Shown piece after piece: positions 1 through 14,600 of a DNA stretch of 64,000 nt. The translations under genes were made by a program, and so were the position numbers. Under the pieces are notes generated by a model. It ran no database searches and was not told the DNA's origin. It worked only from the letters and a program-made list of their open reading frames with translations. Source of the DNA: Yuukianura sp. NJ FZ-2021 (taxonomy: Eukaryota); contig CM102286.1 in NCBI GenBank assembly GCA_046563655.1, positions 3,410,001 to 3,474,000 on the forward strand. Reading direction: 5' to 3'. How positions within the stretch are numbered: position 1 is the first letter of the stretch; each line of letters opens with the position of its first letter.

Positions 1-252
1 ATATACTTCTCATCTGATTAGAACAGAGAATGACAGCTACGGAGTGGTTTCAATATGTTTTGAACGAACTGAGTAATATCCTTAAAAAGTGAGAATTCTG
101 CAAGAATACCTTGAAAGAAAATACAGAAACTCTCCAGTTGCGTCGGATTTGAATACTTTACCTACTACCACCCAGTTTTGCCACCCGCAATCAATTTACA
201 TTACATATGAAAGATATGGGAGAAGGCCATTCACAGCAAAACTGTGTGTGTA
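1..252 (+). pseudogene. 3' end of a degenerate terpene synthase paralog of the 42855-44217 gene
   Basis: Reads ILLI*LEQRMTATEWFQYVLNEL, then after a frameshift ILQEYLERKYRNSPVASDL...ERYGRRPFTAKLCV. The intact paralog reads ILLIRTKRMSATRSFQYVLDEL...ILQRKLERKYRNSPLLSDL...ERYGRKPFTAKLYV. There is a TGA at 15-17 where the paralog has CGA. The 5' part lies outside the window. Confidence 0.85.
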
Positions 253-1889
253 TGATCTTAAAGCTATAGCGAGAAATTGTACTACATGTAATTCTCTAAT
301 TATTAACCCCAGAAGCAGTATTAAATTCAATTCGAATATACAATATATAACTACCTTTTACGGCAGTTCTATGCTGCATTTTAGTCTTCCAGTTGAAATA
401 TTCTGCAAAAATAGGTAACTGAACGGGTTGCCTTTTTCAGTCGCATGTCGTTCCTTAAGTTGGCTATGGTGTGATCTGAGTATAATAAAGGCAACAAATT
501 ATAACTCAAGTACTAGCACAAATTTATACATTCTAACTTGCTTTGAAAAACTTTATCTTAACTTAGACACGTTGATGTACAGATCGCATAGTGTAGAACG
601 TAATGGAGCATCTGTACTTTATGATATGTAACACTGTGGTGAGTTGGCGATGGCTTAATGTTTTAGCCCACTTATTAATTTCATGTCGCCCGCCAATTTC
701 TGAGCGCTGCCAACAAGAAAACAATAAATGGGCCATGGATTTACTTTTTCCGCAAAATTGTCGTTACAAAAGTTGACAGATGCCGAGCATTCCACAAGAA
801 ACTTGTTTTGTGTGTGGCCTACTTCCCAAACCTTGAAAATACAAATGTTTTATTTTCAGAAACAACTTCAAGGACTTCATACGGAGCGACAAAAATGTTA
901 CCATACCAATGTCAAATTCGAAGGGGAAAGCGCTCCCTTTCAACGTAAAGTTGGATGTATCAAATCCTTCTAGATTCTTGTAGTTGCAACGTCCGTTTTG
1001 TCTTATTTCTGAAGCGTTGGCAATTCAAATCTAAATTTTTGCTTTGGATGAACACTCAACTGAGATGTTGAGCCAAAACCTTTTGTGGTACGGTACTTAT
1101 AGGTGATCGACTATTCGGAAACCGCGGAACATGAGACCATTGCGAAACGAAGGTTTAAAGAGTGGTAAAGTTTGAAACGATCTTGAGCTACTTCTTTACG
1201 AGCGGCTTAAACTTGATTTCTCAAGTCTTCGTTGTTAGAGTAGACGTCCAAAACGTGCTTAAGAGTTTTTTAAGTCAAAATTTAAAACAAGAAGGTAAAA
1301 TAAATTCGAATTTAGTGCAAATAATGTACAATGTTCAAATGAAAATTGGCAACTTTTGAATTGGAGTATTAAGTTAATCGAACCGGGACACGGTTTATCC
1401 GGCATCGTTGGTTCCCATTTGGGAATTAGTGGTGAGGGAATTTGAGCCAGCGGTAAATGGAGGAGGGGGGGGGGGATTTTGCTAATTTTTGTCAATTATT
1501 CCTGTTTTCTCGACGTTTCTGTTGTTTTTCCTCTACACTTCATGCCAATACGTTCGAGTTAGTGTAAACATGTCGTATGGTTATGAAGACTCAGTTTACT
1601 AATGTTTGGCGCCAAAGTTAACTCCAATGTTGAACATTCTAGCTTTCTTGTTAACTGTTCTCGACAATTCGAATCAATCCTCATTTTAATAATTTTTATC
1701 TATCTCCCGATGCTTTGTGATACCTTACTGTGGCATGTTGGGAGTGAGGGACGTTAAAAAAATACAACCTGGTGCAAGTGGATTCTAGTTTGAGGAGTCG
1801 GGGGAGAGGCAGCGGAAGCCCCGTTCTCGGTTCCTTCTGGTTGGAGCTGAAGCTGATACACAGAATACATCCTTGCGAAGGTTAGGTGT

Positions 1890-2130
1890 GGTGGCCCCAG
1901 AGTGCCAATGCTGTTTTTCCCATTTTGTAATTCAAAAAGCATTTTCAATTGCATTTCATTTTAAAAAGCTTTTACAACTGTATTTCATTTCAAAAAGCAT
2001 TTTCAATTGCATTTCATTTCAAAAAGCATTTTTAATTGCATTTCATTTCAAAAAGCATTTTCAATTGCATTTCATTTCAAAAAGCATTTTCAATTGCATT
2101 TTATTTCAAAAAGCATTTTTGAAATGCAAA
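1890..2130 (+). repeat. 29-bp minisatellite (AAAAAGCATTTTCAATTGCATTTCATTTC)n with a unique flank; an inverted copy lies at ~39880-40145
   Basis: About 6 visible units. The flank GTGGCCCCAGAGTGCCAATGCTGTTTTT is reverse-complemented at ~40115-40142. Confidence 0.85.
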
Positions 2131-3869
2131 AAGCCTATAGGCATATCGAATGTCGGTTGTTTAAATCCAGAACTATTATTTCTTGTAAATGATAATTTGT
2201 ACCATGCCGTTCGATGTTTATATGTCACGGATTTAAGGCGGATGATCAACCCTCTGATCGACCAGTTCCAATTTAACAGCGGAATTAAACCAACTGTTTT
2301 CTGTTATTTAACAGCAGAATTAAACCAACTTCAACCAACAAAAGTTTTCTGGGCGAAGGGTGCTCTTTTCGTCAAATAATCGTCAGGTGTGCTGTTTATT
2401 AGCGTGTGCTAATGCGAAAAGAGTGGGCGTAGTTTTCTGAGGGTCTTACCAATCATGCAGGAAATGCACCAGAAATCTTTAAGGAAATTGAGTAATATGT
2501 GAATCTGTCCACCGTGACATTAAGTCCTCAAAATTTGTGCGTTAGGTCTGCATTATGCTCCAAATATTTTAGTTGGAGCGACTTGAGAATTGAGTCTCAG
2601 AAGCGGCTCATCCACTTCGCCATACCCATTTAGCAAAACCTCAAATTTGAATAATCCTCAAATTTGAAATCCAAGGCAGTGATTCGCGAGTTAGCATGAG
2701 TTGTACAAAATTCCAAACGTAAAGAATCCTCCCTTTCGGGTTTTTCATGATTACGTAGTCTGTGAATTCTCAATTCTCAGTCGCTGCCATGCCTACAGAA
2801 CGTTCTTTGGCTTTGTTGTTATTGACATGTCTCACCTTAGAAACATGTTTAAAAAACCGAGAAATGTTAGTCTCATTCGTCTTGTTCTGTAGTATCTCAT
2901 CAACTGCAACAACTGACGTTTTGAAATTTAGCTTACGTTTAACGTGACGCCACATCTAATTGTAGACGTAATGCATTGGAACCTATTAGTTAAATCGGCT
3001 AACCACTATGGACTTATTCGGCAAATTAAGAGTGGACCTAGCAAACAAATATCAGACTTTCTTAAATTAATCTTCGATAATTGGTATGAGATTAAATTGT
3101 ACGGAGTAACTTGAAATTGTGGTTTGGGATTCTCTACAACTCCAATTACGCTAATTCTACTGCAACCCAGTATGATCAAATTGGTAGTCATGTCTTGCAA
3201 TTTAGGAGGCTAACCTAACCTATGGCCTGTTATTAGTCAAACTCCCTGTGCAGGGTGTTAATTAAATGTTACATATAAATAACTGTTGGCAGAAGTTACA
3301 GTTAACCAAAACGCTTGCGAAGACAAAGTTTAGCTTGTACCATGTGAATTCGAAATTCCCTTCAAAAACAAACTTTCGTGAATTTGAGCCAAAAAAGTTT
3401 GCTATATCGGACCAACTAAGACCAAATGGGTCAAAAGGGTTACAAAAGGCTTCTAACTTGTGGTATGTTATAGCTTAAATTTGTGGCAGCTGTAATTGTT
3501 TGCAAGCATTTGTTTGGATGACTTAAAGCTAATTTGAGTTTTGTACTTCTTGTTTTAGTCTTTCTGGGACGTATGTTGAAGAAGACTATTAATACGCTTT
3601 TATCCGTTCGTGTGTCACATTTTTAGGACCCTTCGCATGGACACATAACCCAATCCAGCTCGTGGGGCTATGAATTGCTAAGACTCATTACACATACAAT
3701 ATCTTAAATTAACTACGTCACAGTTGGCAGCTGGTTCTCGTTGCTGATAAGCATAAGTTAAGTTACCATTTTACTCAAAATATTTTAAGCTACAATGTTT
3801 TCAAAATCAAATTCAAAACAAAACAAAAATTTTTAGTTCAAATTCTGACGATTAGTTGATTTACTTATT

Positions 3870-4250
3870 TATTGTTGAGCAGGGTTTACCCTTAAAAATT
3901 TTGCGCTTGTTACCGTTAATAATTCTACATTTACGTGAACTGATTCAAAGCCATTCCAATTTTATTCTACTTACTTGACAATAATCTATTAATAATTTTA
4001 GAAGGAAAAAACAATCCAAATGCTTTTGAATGCAGTGTAACGTGGTTAGCGCTCAAGTTGAAGAGCTTTTTGATGCAAAAGGTTTTATAAATACTTTCGA
4101 TAATGAACATTTTGGTGCAATTTGGTGCACCAAAAAAGGAAACTGTTTCCGCACCGAAAATAATGGGCGACTTTTCGGTCCATTATATCGTGAAAATGGT
4201 GTAATTTTCAACGATATATAACGGTTTTGAGGCTTGTCTTAAGTTTTATC
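3870..4250. repeat. Dispersed repeat; inverted copy at ~16250-16610, related pieces at ~17380-17570, ~28300-28600 and ~29700-29900
   Basis: For example TCAAGTTGAAGAGCTTTTTGATGCAAAA pairs with TTTGCATCAAAACGCTCTTCAACTTGA, and ACGGTTTTGAGGCTTGTCT pairs with AGACAAGCCTCAAAACCGT. Confidence 0.75.
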
Positions 4251-4271
4251 ACTTAAGACGCTTATGGCTTA

Positions 4272-4520
4272 AGTTGTCACCAAGAATGTTTAGTCCAAAA
4301 GAGATGACAAATTTGAACCATGCAGATGAAGCGGTTGTACCAATGTAGACGCTGATGGTGGGGAAATGTTAACCTAACCTAAACAAGTCTGTACGTAAAA
4401 TACCATGTACTACAAAAAGAGTGAAGCACTACCCTTCTATCTACTACCCAGTCTTCCTTTGACATTTCAAAACAGAGGCGATACTTCGTTCCTATTGTGA
4501 AACTGTACAATGAACATTTA
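4272..4520 (-). pseudogene. Degenerate copy of exon 2 of the chemoreceptor-like gene
   Basis: The reverse complement aligns with 45125-45345 (TTCATTGTACAGTTTC...GAAGTATCG...TGGTTCAA...TTTTGGACTAAAC). Confidence 0.75.
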
Positions 4521-4619
4521 GAAAGTAGAAATGGAATTTGTGCAGGAGAAAAACAAAAAAGTGGAATTTCTGCAGTAGAAAAAACCTAAAATTTGCCAAT
4601 TATGCATCTTGAACGTTAA

Positions 4620-5687
4620 TGCCCAGTTCGTCCATTGCAGGTTAAAATTGCGCTAAACTGAGTTTAGTTAAACTCAGTTTAGTTTTTTAACTGACGGTTA
4701 ACTTTCGTTGGTTCAGCCAACCAACTTTTCGAAAAGTTAAACTCCGTTTAGTTAAACTCCGGTTAACTCAAGAATAGCTGGCAACGTTGCACAAATCCAA
4801 TTGTGCAAGTGATCTGATTGGCTGAAACATGAGCACCGCGAAAATTGAACACTTTGTTTACAAACTTCAAACTCAATCTGATTCCAAATTGAATGGAATT
4901 AGGTTTTTGTTTGTGTTCTCCATTACGTTAACCTCAATTACTACTTACTACACCATTTGCAGTTAAATTCTAGTTTCTAGGATTAGTTATCAATGGAATC
5001 CCAGAAACGAAAGAGAGGACCGAATATTTCATCTAAAGAGCGGGATATCTTAATTGACATCTTAATTGTAGTTGTGTCATTGTTAGATTGAGGTAAGTCT
5101 AAAGCAGTGAAAGTACCTTTGTGAAAAGTGACCTCAGACGACCTCAAAAATGACCTCTACAAAACTTGTTCGCCTCGATGAGATGATGATTTTTTGTCCT
5201 ATGCACTATGGCCCTACGACCACCCCTATGGGGTAAAAGGTTAAGGTCAAGGTCAGTACCCCCCATTACCCCAAAAATGACTCCTACAAAAGTTGCTTGG
5301 GTTAATCAAAGGATTATTTTGACATATCACGCATGATGCTGTGACCACGCCCTGAGGTCAAAGGTCAAGGTAAGTGCCCCCTCCCCCCAGTACCCCAAAA
5401 ATGACCCCTATAAAAGTTGTTCAGATTAATTAGTAGATCATTTTTTGTACAGTGACCTATGACCCTGTGACTACTCCCTGATAGGTTATTTTCAGTTTTC
5501 CTCTTTTTTAAACTCCGGTTAAGTCACTAACCGAGGAAATTCGGCCAGTTAAATTTAAACTAAGTTTAAGGAAATTAAACGCCGGTTAAACCTTAACCGG
5601 CGTTGGCTGAACCCAAAAAATTTAACCGGAGTTTAAATCCGAGTTTAAACTCAGTTTAAATTTAACCTGCAATGGACGAACCGGGCA
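4620..5687 (+). mobile_element. Non-autonomous PIF/Harbinger-like DNA transposon
   Basis: 27-bp TIRs TGCCC(A/G)GTTCGTCCATTGCAGGTTAAA with a TAA target duplication (4617-4619 and 5688-5690). The empty site GTTAATACTTTG is present in the array units. A relic ORF start at 4993 (MESQKRKRGPNISSKERDILIDIL) resembles the Myb/SANT-like partner protein. Contains about 3 copies of a ~130-bp repeat at 5120-5480. Confidence 0.8.
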
Positions 5688-8600
5688 TAATACTTTGAAA
5701 TTGTGCCACATTAAAAACAGAGAAGCTTGAAATTGTACAATACACAGGACAAAAGAATGTAGGTGCAGCATGACAATTACCAAAAAACCTCCACAATTTG
5801 TGCTAAAATCTGGAATAGATTGAAAGTTTCCATTTCGACTTCCAGCACGATTTCAAACATTTGAAATCGTGCTATGTAAAAACTGAACATTAGAGTTTTG
5901 CAGTCATCGTATGTTTAAGTCTGCAACTCAAAAAAAATCCAAGTTGTAGTTTGTGCAATGTAAAAACCCGAGAGGTGGTACATTTGTAATATAAGAACCA
6001 CAAAGGTGGAATTTGTGCGACATAGAAACCCAAAAAGCGGACTTTCTTCAACGTAAAACTCCGAAATGTGGAAATTACGCAATTTAAAATATTAAAAGTG
6101 GAATTTGTGCAATTAACCATGCACAAGCTCAACTTTCTTTTTTTGCATAACTTTTTAACTTTTGCCCAAAACCCAACGTAAAACAATGCTTTTGCATTCA
6201 TTTTTGTCCCAAAGATAGGAACTAGTAAATGGAAGATCGATCGGTGCCTTACCTTATTGTAATAAGGTCAAAGAGGGTAAATGTTGTTGATTATAAGTTT
6301 AAAGCTTTCTAATTGAGACAGTTAGGTTAGGTACCGTAGCGATGTACATGAAGTCGCAAGTCGTTATGTAAGACGCCGTGAGCCGTCAAGAAGTGTGAAA
6401 TGCTACTCATGCAGTTTGTCTTCCCGAGAAAGTTTAAAGTTTAGTCCAAAAGCAAACACAAAGTTCAACCATGTAGTTGAGACAAAGGTGGAAATGTATA
6501 TGAAGAGCCAATTCGATATGTAAAACACCATGTAGCATAAAGACGAGTAAAGTGCTACTCGTGTAGCTTGTTTTGCAAAGACAGTTAAATCCAAAAGCGA
6601 AGACAAATTTGAACCATGTAGATGAAACGTCAGTAGAAATGTCGATGAGGACATAAGTCGGTATGTAAAACACCATGTGTCGTCAACAGGGTTAAAGTGT
6701 AACGCGTGTAGTTTGTCTCACAAAGGAAGTTTAGTCCAAAAGCCAAGACAAACTTGAACCACGCAGATCAGACCGACCGGAGTAGAAACGCGATGAAGAC
6801 ATAACTCGGTATGTAAAACACAATGTGTCGTCAAGAGAGTTAACGTGCAACTCGTGTAGTTTGTCTCACAAAGGAAGTTTAGTCCAAAAGCCAAGACAAA
6901 GTTGAACATGTAGATGAGACAGGAGTAGAAATGTAGAAGAAGACAAGTCGATATGTAAAACACCATGTGCCGTCAAGATGAGTAAAGTGCTACTCGTGTA
7001 GCTTATTTTATAAAGAGAATTAAATCCAAAAGCGAAGACAAATTTGAACCATATAGATGAAATATGAGTAGAAACGCGATGAGGATATAACTCGGTATGT
7101 AAAATACAATGTGTCGTCAAGAGAGTTAACGTGCAACTCGTGTAGTTTGTCTCACAAAGGAAGTTTAGTCCAAAAGCCAAGACAAAGTTGAACATGTAGA
7201 TGAGACAGGAGTAGAAATGTAGAAGAAGACAAGTCGATATGTAAAACACCATGTGCCGTCAAGATGAGTAAAGTGTTACTTATGTGGTGTGTCTTAGCTT
7301 AAAATTTACCACAACCCCAACTAAAGTACTTTTGCTCTTGTGGCCCCTCAAATAACCATGCAATAGTATAAATTGTGCAACACAAAGGACACAAAAATGG
7401 AATTTGTGGAAGAGAAATACATAGCAGTGAAATTTGTGCAGCAGTAAAACCAAGAATTTGCCAATTATGCATCCTGACAGTTAATACTTTGAAATTGTGC
7501 CACATTAAAAACAGAAAAGCTTGAAATTGTACAATACACAGGACAAAAGAATGTAGGTGCAGCATGACAATTACCAAAAAACCTCCACAATTTGTGCTAA
7601 AACCTGGAATAGATTGAAAGTTTCCATTTCGACTTCCAGCACGATTTCAAACATTTGAAATCGTGCAATGTAAAAACTGAAAATCAGAGTTCTGCAGTCA
7701 TCGTATGTTCAAGTCTGCAACTCAAAAAAATCCAACGTGGTAGTTTGTGCAATGTAAAAACCCGAGAGGTGGTACATTTGTAATATAAGAACCACAAAGG
7801 TGGAATTTGTGCGACATAGAGACTCAAAAAGCGGACTTTCTTCAACGGAAAACCCCGAAATGTGGAAATTACGCAATTTAAAATATTAAAAGTGGAATTT
7901 GTGCAATTTACCATGCACAAGCGCAACTTTCTTTTTTTGCATAACTTTTTAACTTTTGCCCAAAACCCAACGTAAAACAATGCTTTTGCATTCATTTTTG
8001 TCCCAAAGATAGAAACTAGTAAATGGAAGATCAGATCGAGCGATGCCTTACCTTATTGTAATAAGGTCAAAGAGGGTAAATGTTTTTGATCATAAGTTTA
8101 AAGCTTTGTAATTGAGACAGTTAGGTTAGGTACCGTAGCGATGTACATGAAGTCGCAAGTCGTTATGTAAGACGCCGTGAGCCGTCAAGAAGTGTGAAAT
8201 GCTACTCATGCAGTTTGTCTTCCCGAGAAAGTTTAAAGTTTAGTCCAAAAGCAAACACAAAGTTCAACCATGTAGTTGAGACAAAGGTGGAAATGTATAT
8301 GAAGAGCCAATTCGATATGTAAAACACCATGTAGCATAAAGACGAGTAAAGTGCTACTCGTGTAGCTTGTTTTGCAAAGACAGTTAAATCCAAAAGCGAA
8401 GACAAATTTGAACCATGTAGATGAAACGTCAGTAGAAATGTCGATGAGGACATAAGTCGGTATGTAAAACACCATGTGTCGTCAACAGGGTTAAAGTGTA
8501 ACGCGTGTAGTTTGTCTCACAAAGGAAGTTTAGTCCAAAAGCCAAGACAAACTTGAACCACGCATATCAGACCGACCGGAGTAGAAACGCGATGAAGACA

Positions 8601-11600
8601 TAACTCGGTATGTAAAATACAATGTGTCGTCAAGAGAGTTAACGTGCAACTCGTGTAGTTTGTCTCACAAAGGAAGTTTAGTCCAAAAGCCAAGACAAAG
8701 TTGAACATGTAGATGAGACAGGAGTAGAAATGTAGAAGAAGACAAGTCGATATGTAAAACACCATGTGCCGTCAAGATGAGTAAAGTGCTACTCGTGTAG
8801 CTTATTTTATAAAGAGAATTAAATCCAAAAGCGAAGACAAATTTGAACCATATAGATGAAATATGAGTAGAAACGCGATGAGGATATAACTCGGTATGTA
8901 AAATACAATGTGTCGTCAAGAGAGTTAACGTGCAACTCGTGTAGTTTGTCTCACAAAGGAAGTTTAGTCCAAAAGCCAAGACAAAGTTGAACATGTAGAT
9001 GAGACAGGAGTAGAAATGTAGAAGAAGACAAGTCGATATGTAAAACACCATGTGCCGTCAAGATGAGTAAAGTGTTACTTATGTGGTGTGTCTTAGCTTA
9101 AAATTTACCACAACCCCAACTAAAGTACTTTTGCTCTTGTGGCCCCTCAAATAACCATGCAATAGTATAAATTGTGCAACACAAAGGACACAAAAATGGA
9201 ATTTGTGGAAGAGAAATACATAGCAGTGAAATTTGTGCAGCAGTAAAACCAAGAATTTGCCAATTATGCATCCTGACAGTTAATACTTTGAAATTGTGCC
9301 ACATTAAAAACAGAAAAGCTTGAAATTGTACAATACACAGGACAAAAGAATGTAGGTGCAGCATGACAATTACCAAAAAACCTCCACAATTTGTGCTAAA
9401 ACCTGGAATAGATTGAAAGTTTCCATTTCGACTTCCAGCACGATTTCAAACATTTGAAATCGTGCAATGTAAAAACTGAAAATCAGAGTTCTGCAGTCAT
9501 CGTATGTTCAAGTCTGCAACTCAAAAAAATCCAACGTGGTAGTTTGTGCAATGTAAAAACCCGAGAGGTGGTACATTTGTAATATAAGAACCACAAAGGT
9601 GGAATTTGTGCGACATAGAGACTCAAAAAGCGGACTTTCTTCAACGGAAAACCCCGAAATGTGGAAATTACGCAATTTAAAATATTAAAAGTGGAATTTG
9701 TGCAATTTACCATGCACAAGCGCAACTTTCTTTTTTTGCATAACTTTTTAACTTTTGCCCAAAACCCAACGTAAAACAATGCTTTTGCATTCATTTTTGT
9801 CCCAAAGATAGAAACTAGTAAATGGAAGATCAGATCGAGCGATGCCTTACCTTATTGTAATAAGGTCAAAGAGGGTAAATGTTTTTGATCATAAGTTTAA
9901 AGCTTTGTAATTGAGACAGTTAGGTTAGGTACCGTAGCGATGTACATGAAGTCGCAAGTCGTTATGTAAGACGCCGTGAGCCGTCAAGAAGTGTGAAATG
10001 CTACTCATGCAGTTTGTCTTCCCGAGAAAGTTTAAAGTTTAGTCCAAAAGCAAACACAAAGTTCAACCATGTAGTTGAGACAAAGGTGGAAATGTATATG
10101 AAGAGCCAATTCGATATGTAAAACACCATGTAGCATAAAGACGAGTAAAGTGCTACTCGTGTAGCTTGTTTTGCAAAGACAGTTAAATCCAAAAGCGAAG
10201 ACAAATTTGAACCATGTAGATGAAACGTCAGTAGAAATGTCGATGAGGACATAAGTCGGTATGTAAAACACCATGTGTCGTCAACAGGGTTAAAGTGTAA
10301 CGCGTGTAGTTTGTCTCACAAAGGAAGTTTAGTCCAAAAGCCAAGACAAACTTGAACCACGCAGATCAGACCGACCGGAGTAGAAACGCGATGAAGACAT
10401 AACTCGGTATGTAAAATACAATGTGTCGTCAAGAGAGTTAACGTGCAACTCGTGTAGTTTGTCTCACAAAGGAAGTTTAGTCCAAAAGCCAAGACAAAGT
10501 TGAACATGTAGATGAGACAGGAGTAGAAATGTAGAAGAAGACAAGTCGATATGTAAAACACCATGTGCCGTCAAGATGAGTAAAGTGCTACTCGTGTAGC
10601 TTATTTTATAAAGAGAATTAAATCCAAAAGCGACGACAAATTTGAACCATATAGATGAAATATGAGTAGAAACGCGATGAGGATATAACTCGGTATGTAA
10701 AATACAATGTGTCGTCAAGAGAGTTAACGTGCAACTCGTGTAGTTTGTCTCACAAAGGAAGTTTAGTCCAAAAGCCAAGACAAAGTTGAACATGTAGATG
10801 AGACAGGAGTAGAAATGTAGAAGAAGACAAGTCGATATGTAAAACACCATGTGCCGTCAAGATGAGTAAAGTGTTACTTATGTGGTGTGTCTTAGCTTAA
10901 AATTTACCACAACCCCAACTAAAGTACTTTTGCTCTTGTGGCCCCTCAAATAACCATGCAATAGTATAAATTGTGCAACACAAAGGACACAAAAATGGAA
11001 TTTGTGGAAGAGAAATACATAGCAGTGAAATTTGTGCAGCAGTAAAACCAAGAATTTGCCAATTATGCATCCTGACAGTTAATACTTTGAAATTGTGCCA
11101 CATTAAAAACAGAAAAGCTTGAAATTGTACAATACACAGGACAAAAGAATGTAGGTGCAGCATGACAATTACCAAAAAACCTCCACAATTTGTGCTAAAA
11201 CCTGGAATAGATTGAAAGTTTCCATTTCGACTTCCAGCACGATTTCAAACATTTGAAATCGTGCAATGTAAAAACTGAAAATCAGAGTTCTGCAGTCATC
11301 GTATGTTCAAGTCTGCAACTCAAAAAAAATCCAACGTGGTAGTTTGTGCAATGTAAAAACCCGAGAGGTGGTACATTTGTAATATAAGAACCACAAAGGT
11401 GGAATTTGTGCGACATAGAGACTCAAAAAGCGGACTTTCTTCAACGGAAAACCCCGAAATGTGGAAATTACGCAATTTAAAATATTAAAAGTGGAATTTG
11501 TGCAATTTACCATGCACAAGCGCAACTTTCTTTTTTTGCATAACTTTTTAACTTTTGCCCAAAACCCAACGTAAAACAATGCTTTTGCATTCATTTTTGT

Positions 11601-14600
11601 CCCAAAGATAGAAACTAGTAAATGGAAGATCAGATCGAGCGATGCCTTACCTTATTGTAATAAGGTCAAAGAGGGTAAATGTTTTTGATCATAAGTTTAA
11701 AGCTTTGTAATTGAGACAGTTAGGTTAGGTACCGTAGCGATGTACATGAAGTCGCAAGTCGTTATGTAAGACGCCGTGAGCCGTCAAGAAGTGTGAAATG
11801 CTACTCATGCAGTTTGTCTTCCCGAGAAAGTTTAAAGTTTAGTCCAAAAGCAAACACAAAGTTCAACCATGTAGTTGAGACAAAGGTGGAAATGTATATG
11901 AAGAGCCAATTCGATATGTAAAACACCATGTAGCATAAAGACGAGTAAAGTGCTACTCGTGTAGCTTGTTTTGCAAAGACAGTTAAATCCAAAAGCGAAG
12001 ACAAATTTGAACCATGTAGATGAAACGTCAGTAGAAATGTCGATGAGGACATAAGTCGGTATGTAAAACACCATGTGTCGTCAACAGGGTTAAAGTGTAA
12101 CGCGTGTAGTTTGTCTCACAAAGGAAGTTTAGTCCAAAAGCCAAGACAAACTTGAACCACGCAGATCAGACCGACCGGAGTAGAAACGCGATGAAGACAT
12201 AACTCGGTATGTAAAATACAATGTGTCGTCAAGAGAGTTAACGTGCAACTCGTGTAGTTTGTCTCACAAAGGAAGTTTAGTCCAAAAGCCAAGACAAAGT
12301 TGAACATGTAGATGAGACAGGAGTAGAAATGTAGAAGAAGACAAGTCGATATGTAAAACACCATGTGCCGTCAAGATGAGTAAAGTGTTACTTATGTGGT
12401 GTGTCTTAGCTTAAAATTTACCACAACCCCAACTAAAGTACTTTTGCTCTTGTGGCCCCTCAAATAACCATGCAATAGTATAAATTGTGCAACACAAAGG
12501 ACACAAAAATGGAATTTGTGGAAGAGAAATACATAGCAGTGAAATTTGTGCAGCAGTAAAACCAAGAATTTGCCAATTATGCATCCTGACAGTTAATACT
12601 TTGAAATTGTGCCACATTAAAAACAGAAAAGCTTGAAATTGTACAATACACAGGACAAAAGAATGTAGGTGCAGCATGACAATTACCAAAAAACCTCCAC
12701 AATTTGTGCTAAAACCTGGAATAGATTGAAAGTTTCCATTTCGACTTCCAGCACGATTTCAAACATTTGAAATCGTGCAATGTAAAAACTGAAAATCAGA
12801 GTTCTGCAGTCATCGTATGTTCAAGTCTGCAACTCAAAAAAATCCAACGTGGTAGTTTGTGCAATGTAAAAACCCGAGAGGTGGTACATTTGTAATATAA
12901 GAACCACAAAGGTGGAATTTGTGCGACATAGAGACTCAAAAAGCGGACTTTCTTCAACGGAAAACCCCGAAATGTGGAAATTACGCAATTTAAAATATTA
13001 AAAGTGGAATTTGTGCAATTTACCATGCACAAGCGCAACTTTCTTTTTTTGCATAACTTTTTAACTTTTGCCCAAAACCCAACGTAAAACAATGCTTTTG
13101 CATTCATTTTTGTCCCAAAGATAGAAACTAGTAAATTGAAGATCAGATCGAGCGATGCCTTACCTTATTGTAATAAGGTCAAAGAGGGTAAATGTTTTTG
13201 ATCATAAGTTTAAAGCTTTGTAATTGAGACAGTTAGGTTAGGTACCGTAGCGATGTACATGAAGTCGCAAGTCGTTATGTAAGACGCCGTGAGCCGTCAA
13301 GAAGTGTGAAATGCTACTCATGCAGTTTGTCTTCCCGAGAAAGTTTAAAGTTTAGTCCAAAAGCAAACACAAAGTTCAACCATGTAGTTGAGACAAAGGT
13401 GGAAATGTATATGAAGAGCCAATTCGATATGTAAAACACCATGTAGCATAAGGACGAGTAAAGTGCTACTCGTGTAGCTTGTTTTGCAAAGACAGTTAAA
13501 TCCAAAAGCGAAGACAAATTTGAACCATGTAGATGAAACGTCAGTAGAAATGTCGATGAGGACATAAGTCGGTATGTAAAACACCATGTGTCGTCAACAG
13601 GGTTAAAGTGTAACGCGTGTAGTTTGTCTCACAAAGGAAGTTTAGTCCAAAAGCCAAGACAAACTTGAACCACGCAGATCAGACCGACCGGAGTAGAAAC
13701 GCGATGAAGACATAACTCGGTATGTAAAACACAATGTGTCGTCAAGAGAGTTAACGTGCAACTCGTGTAGTTTGTCTCACAAAGGAAGTTTAGTCCAAAA
13801 GCCAAGACAAAGTTGAACATGTAGATGAGACAGGAGTAGAAATGTAGAAGAAGACAAGTCGATATGTAAAACACCATGTGCCGTCAAGATGAGTAAAGTG
13901 TTACTTATGTGGTGTGTCTTAGCTTAAAATTATACCACAACCCCAACTAAAGTACTTTTGCTCTTGTGGCCCCTCAAATAACCATGCAATAGTATAAATT
14001 GTGCAACACAAAGGACACAAAAATGGAATTTGTGGAAGAGAAATACATAGCAGTGAAATTTGTGCAGCAGTAAAACCAAGAATTTGCCAATTATGCATCC
14101 TGACAGTTAATACTTTGAAATTGTGCCACATTAAAAACAGAAAAGCTTGAAATTGTACAATACACAGGACAAAAGAATGTAGGTGCAGCATGACAATTAC
14201 CAAAAAACCTCCACAATTTGTGCTAAAACCTGGAATAGATTGAAAGTTTCCATTTCGACTTCCAGCACGATTTCAAACATTTGAAATCGTGCAATGTAAA
14301 AACTGAAAATCAGAGTTCTGCAGTCATCGTATGTTCAAGTCTGCAACTCAAAAAAAATCCAACGTGGTAGTTTGTGCAATGTAAAAACCCGAGAGGTGGT
14401 ACATTTGTAATATAAGAACCACAAAGGTGGAATTTGTGCGACATAGAAACTCAAAAAGCGGACTTTCTTCAACGTAAAACCCCGAAATGTGGAAATTACG
14501 CAATTTGAAATATTAAAAGTGGAATTTGTGCAATTTACCATGCACAAGCTCAACTTTCTTTTTTTGCATAACTTTTTAACATTTGCCCAAAACCCAACGC

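Noticed and set aside
430..1160. Possible spliced minus-strand gene remnant (LEGFDTSNFTLKGSAFPFEFDIGM|VWEVGHTQNK)
   Set aside because: One plausible intron, but stops on either side and no recognisable family.
1873..2379. 168-aa ORF with repeated FISKSIFNCISFQKAF
   Set aside because: Translation of a 29-bp minisatellite; same for 39775-39972.
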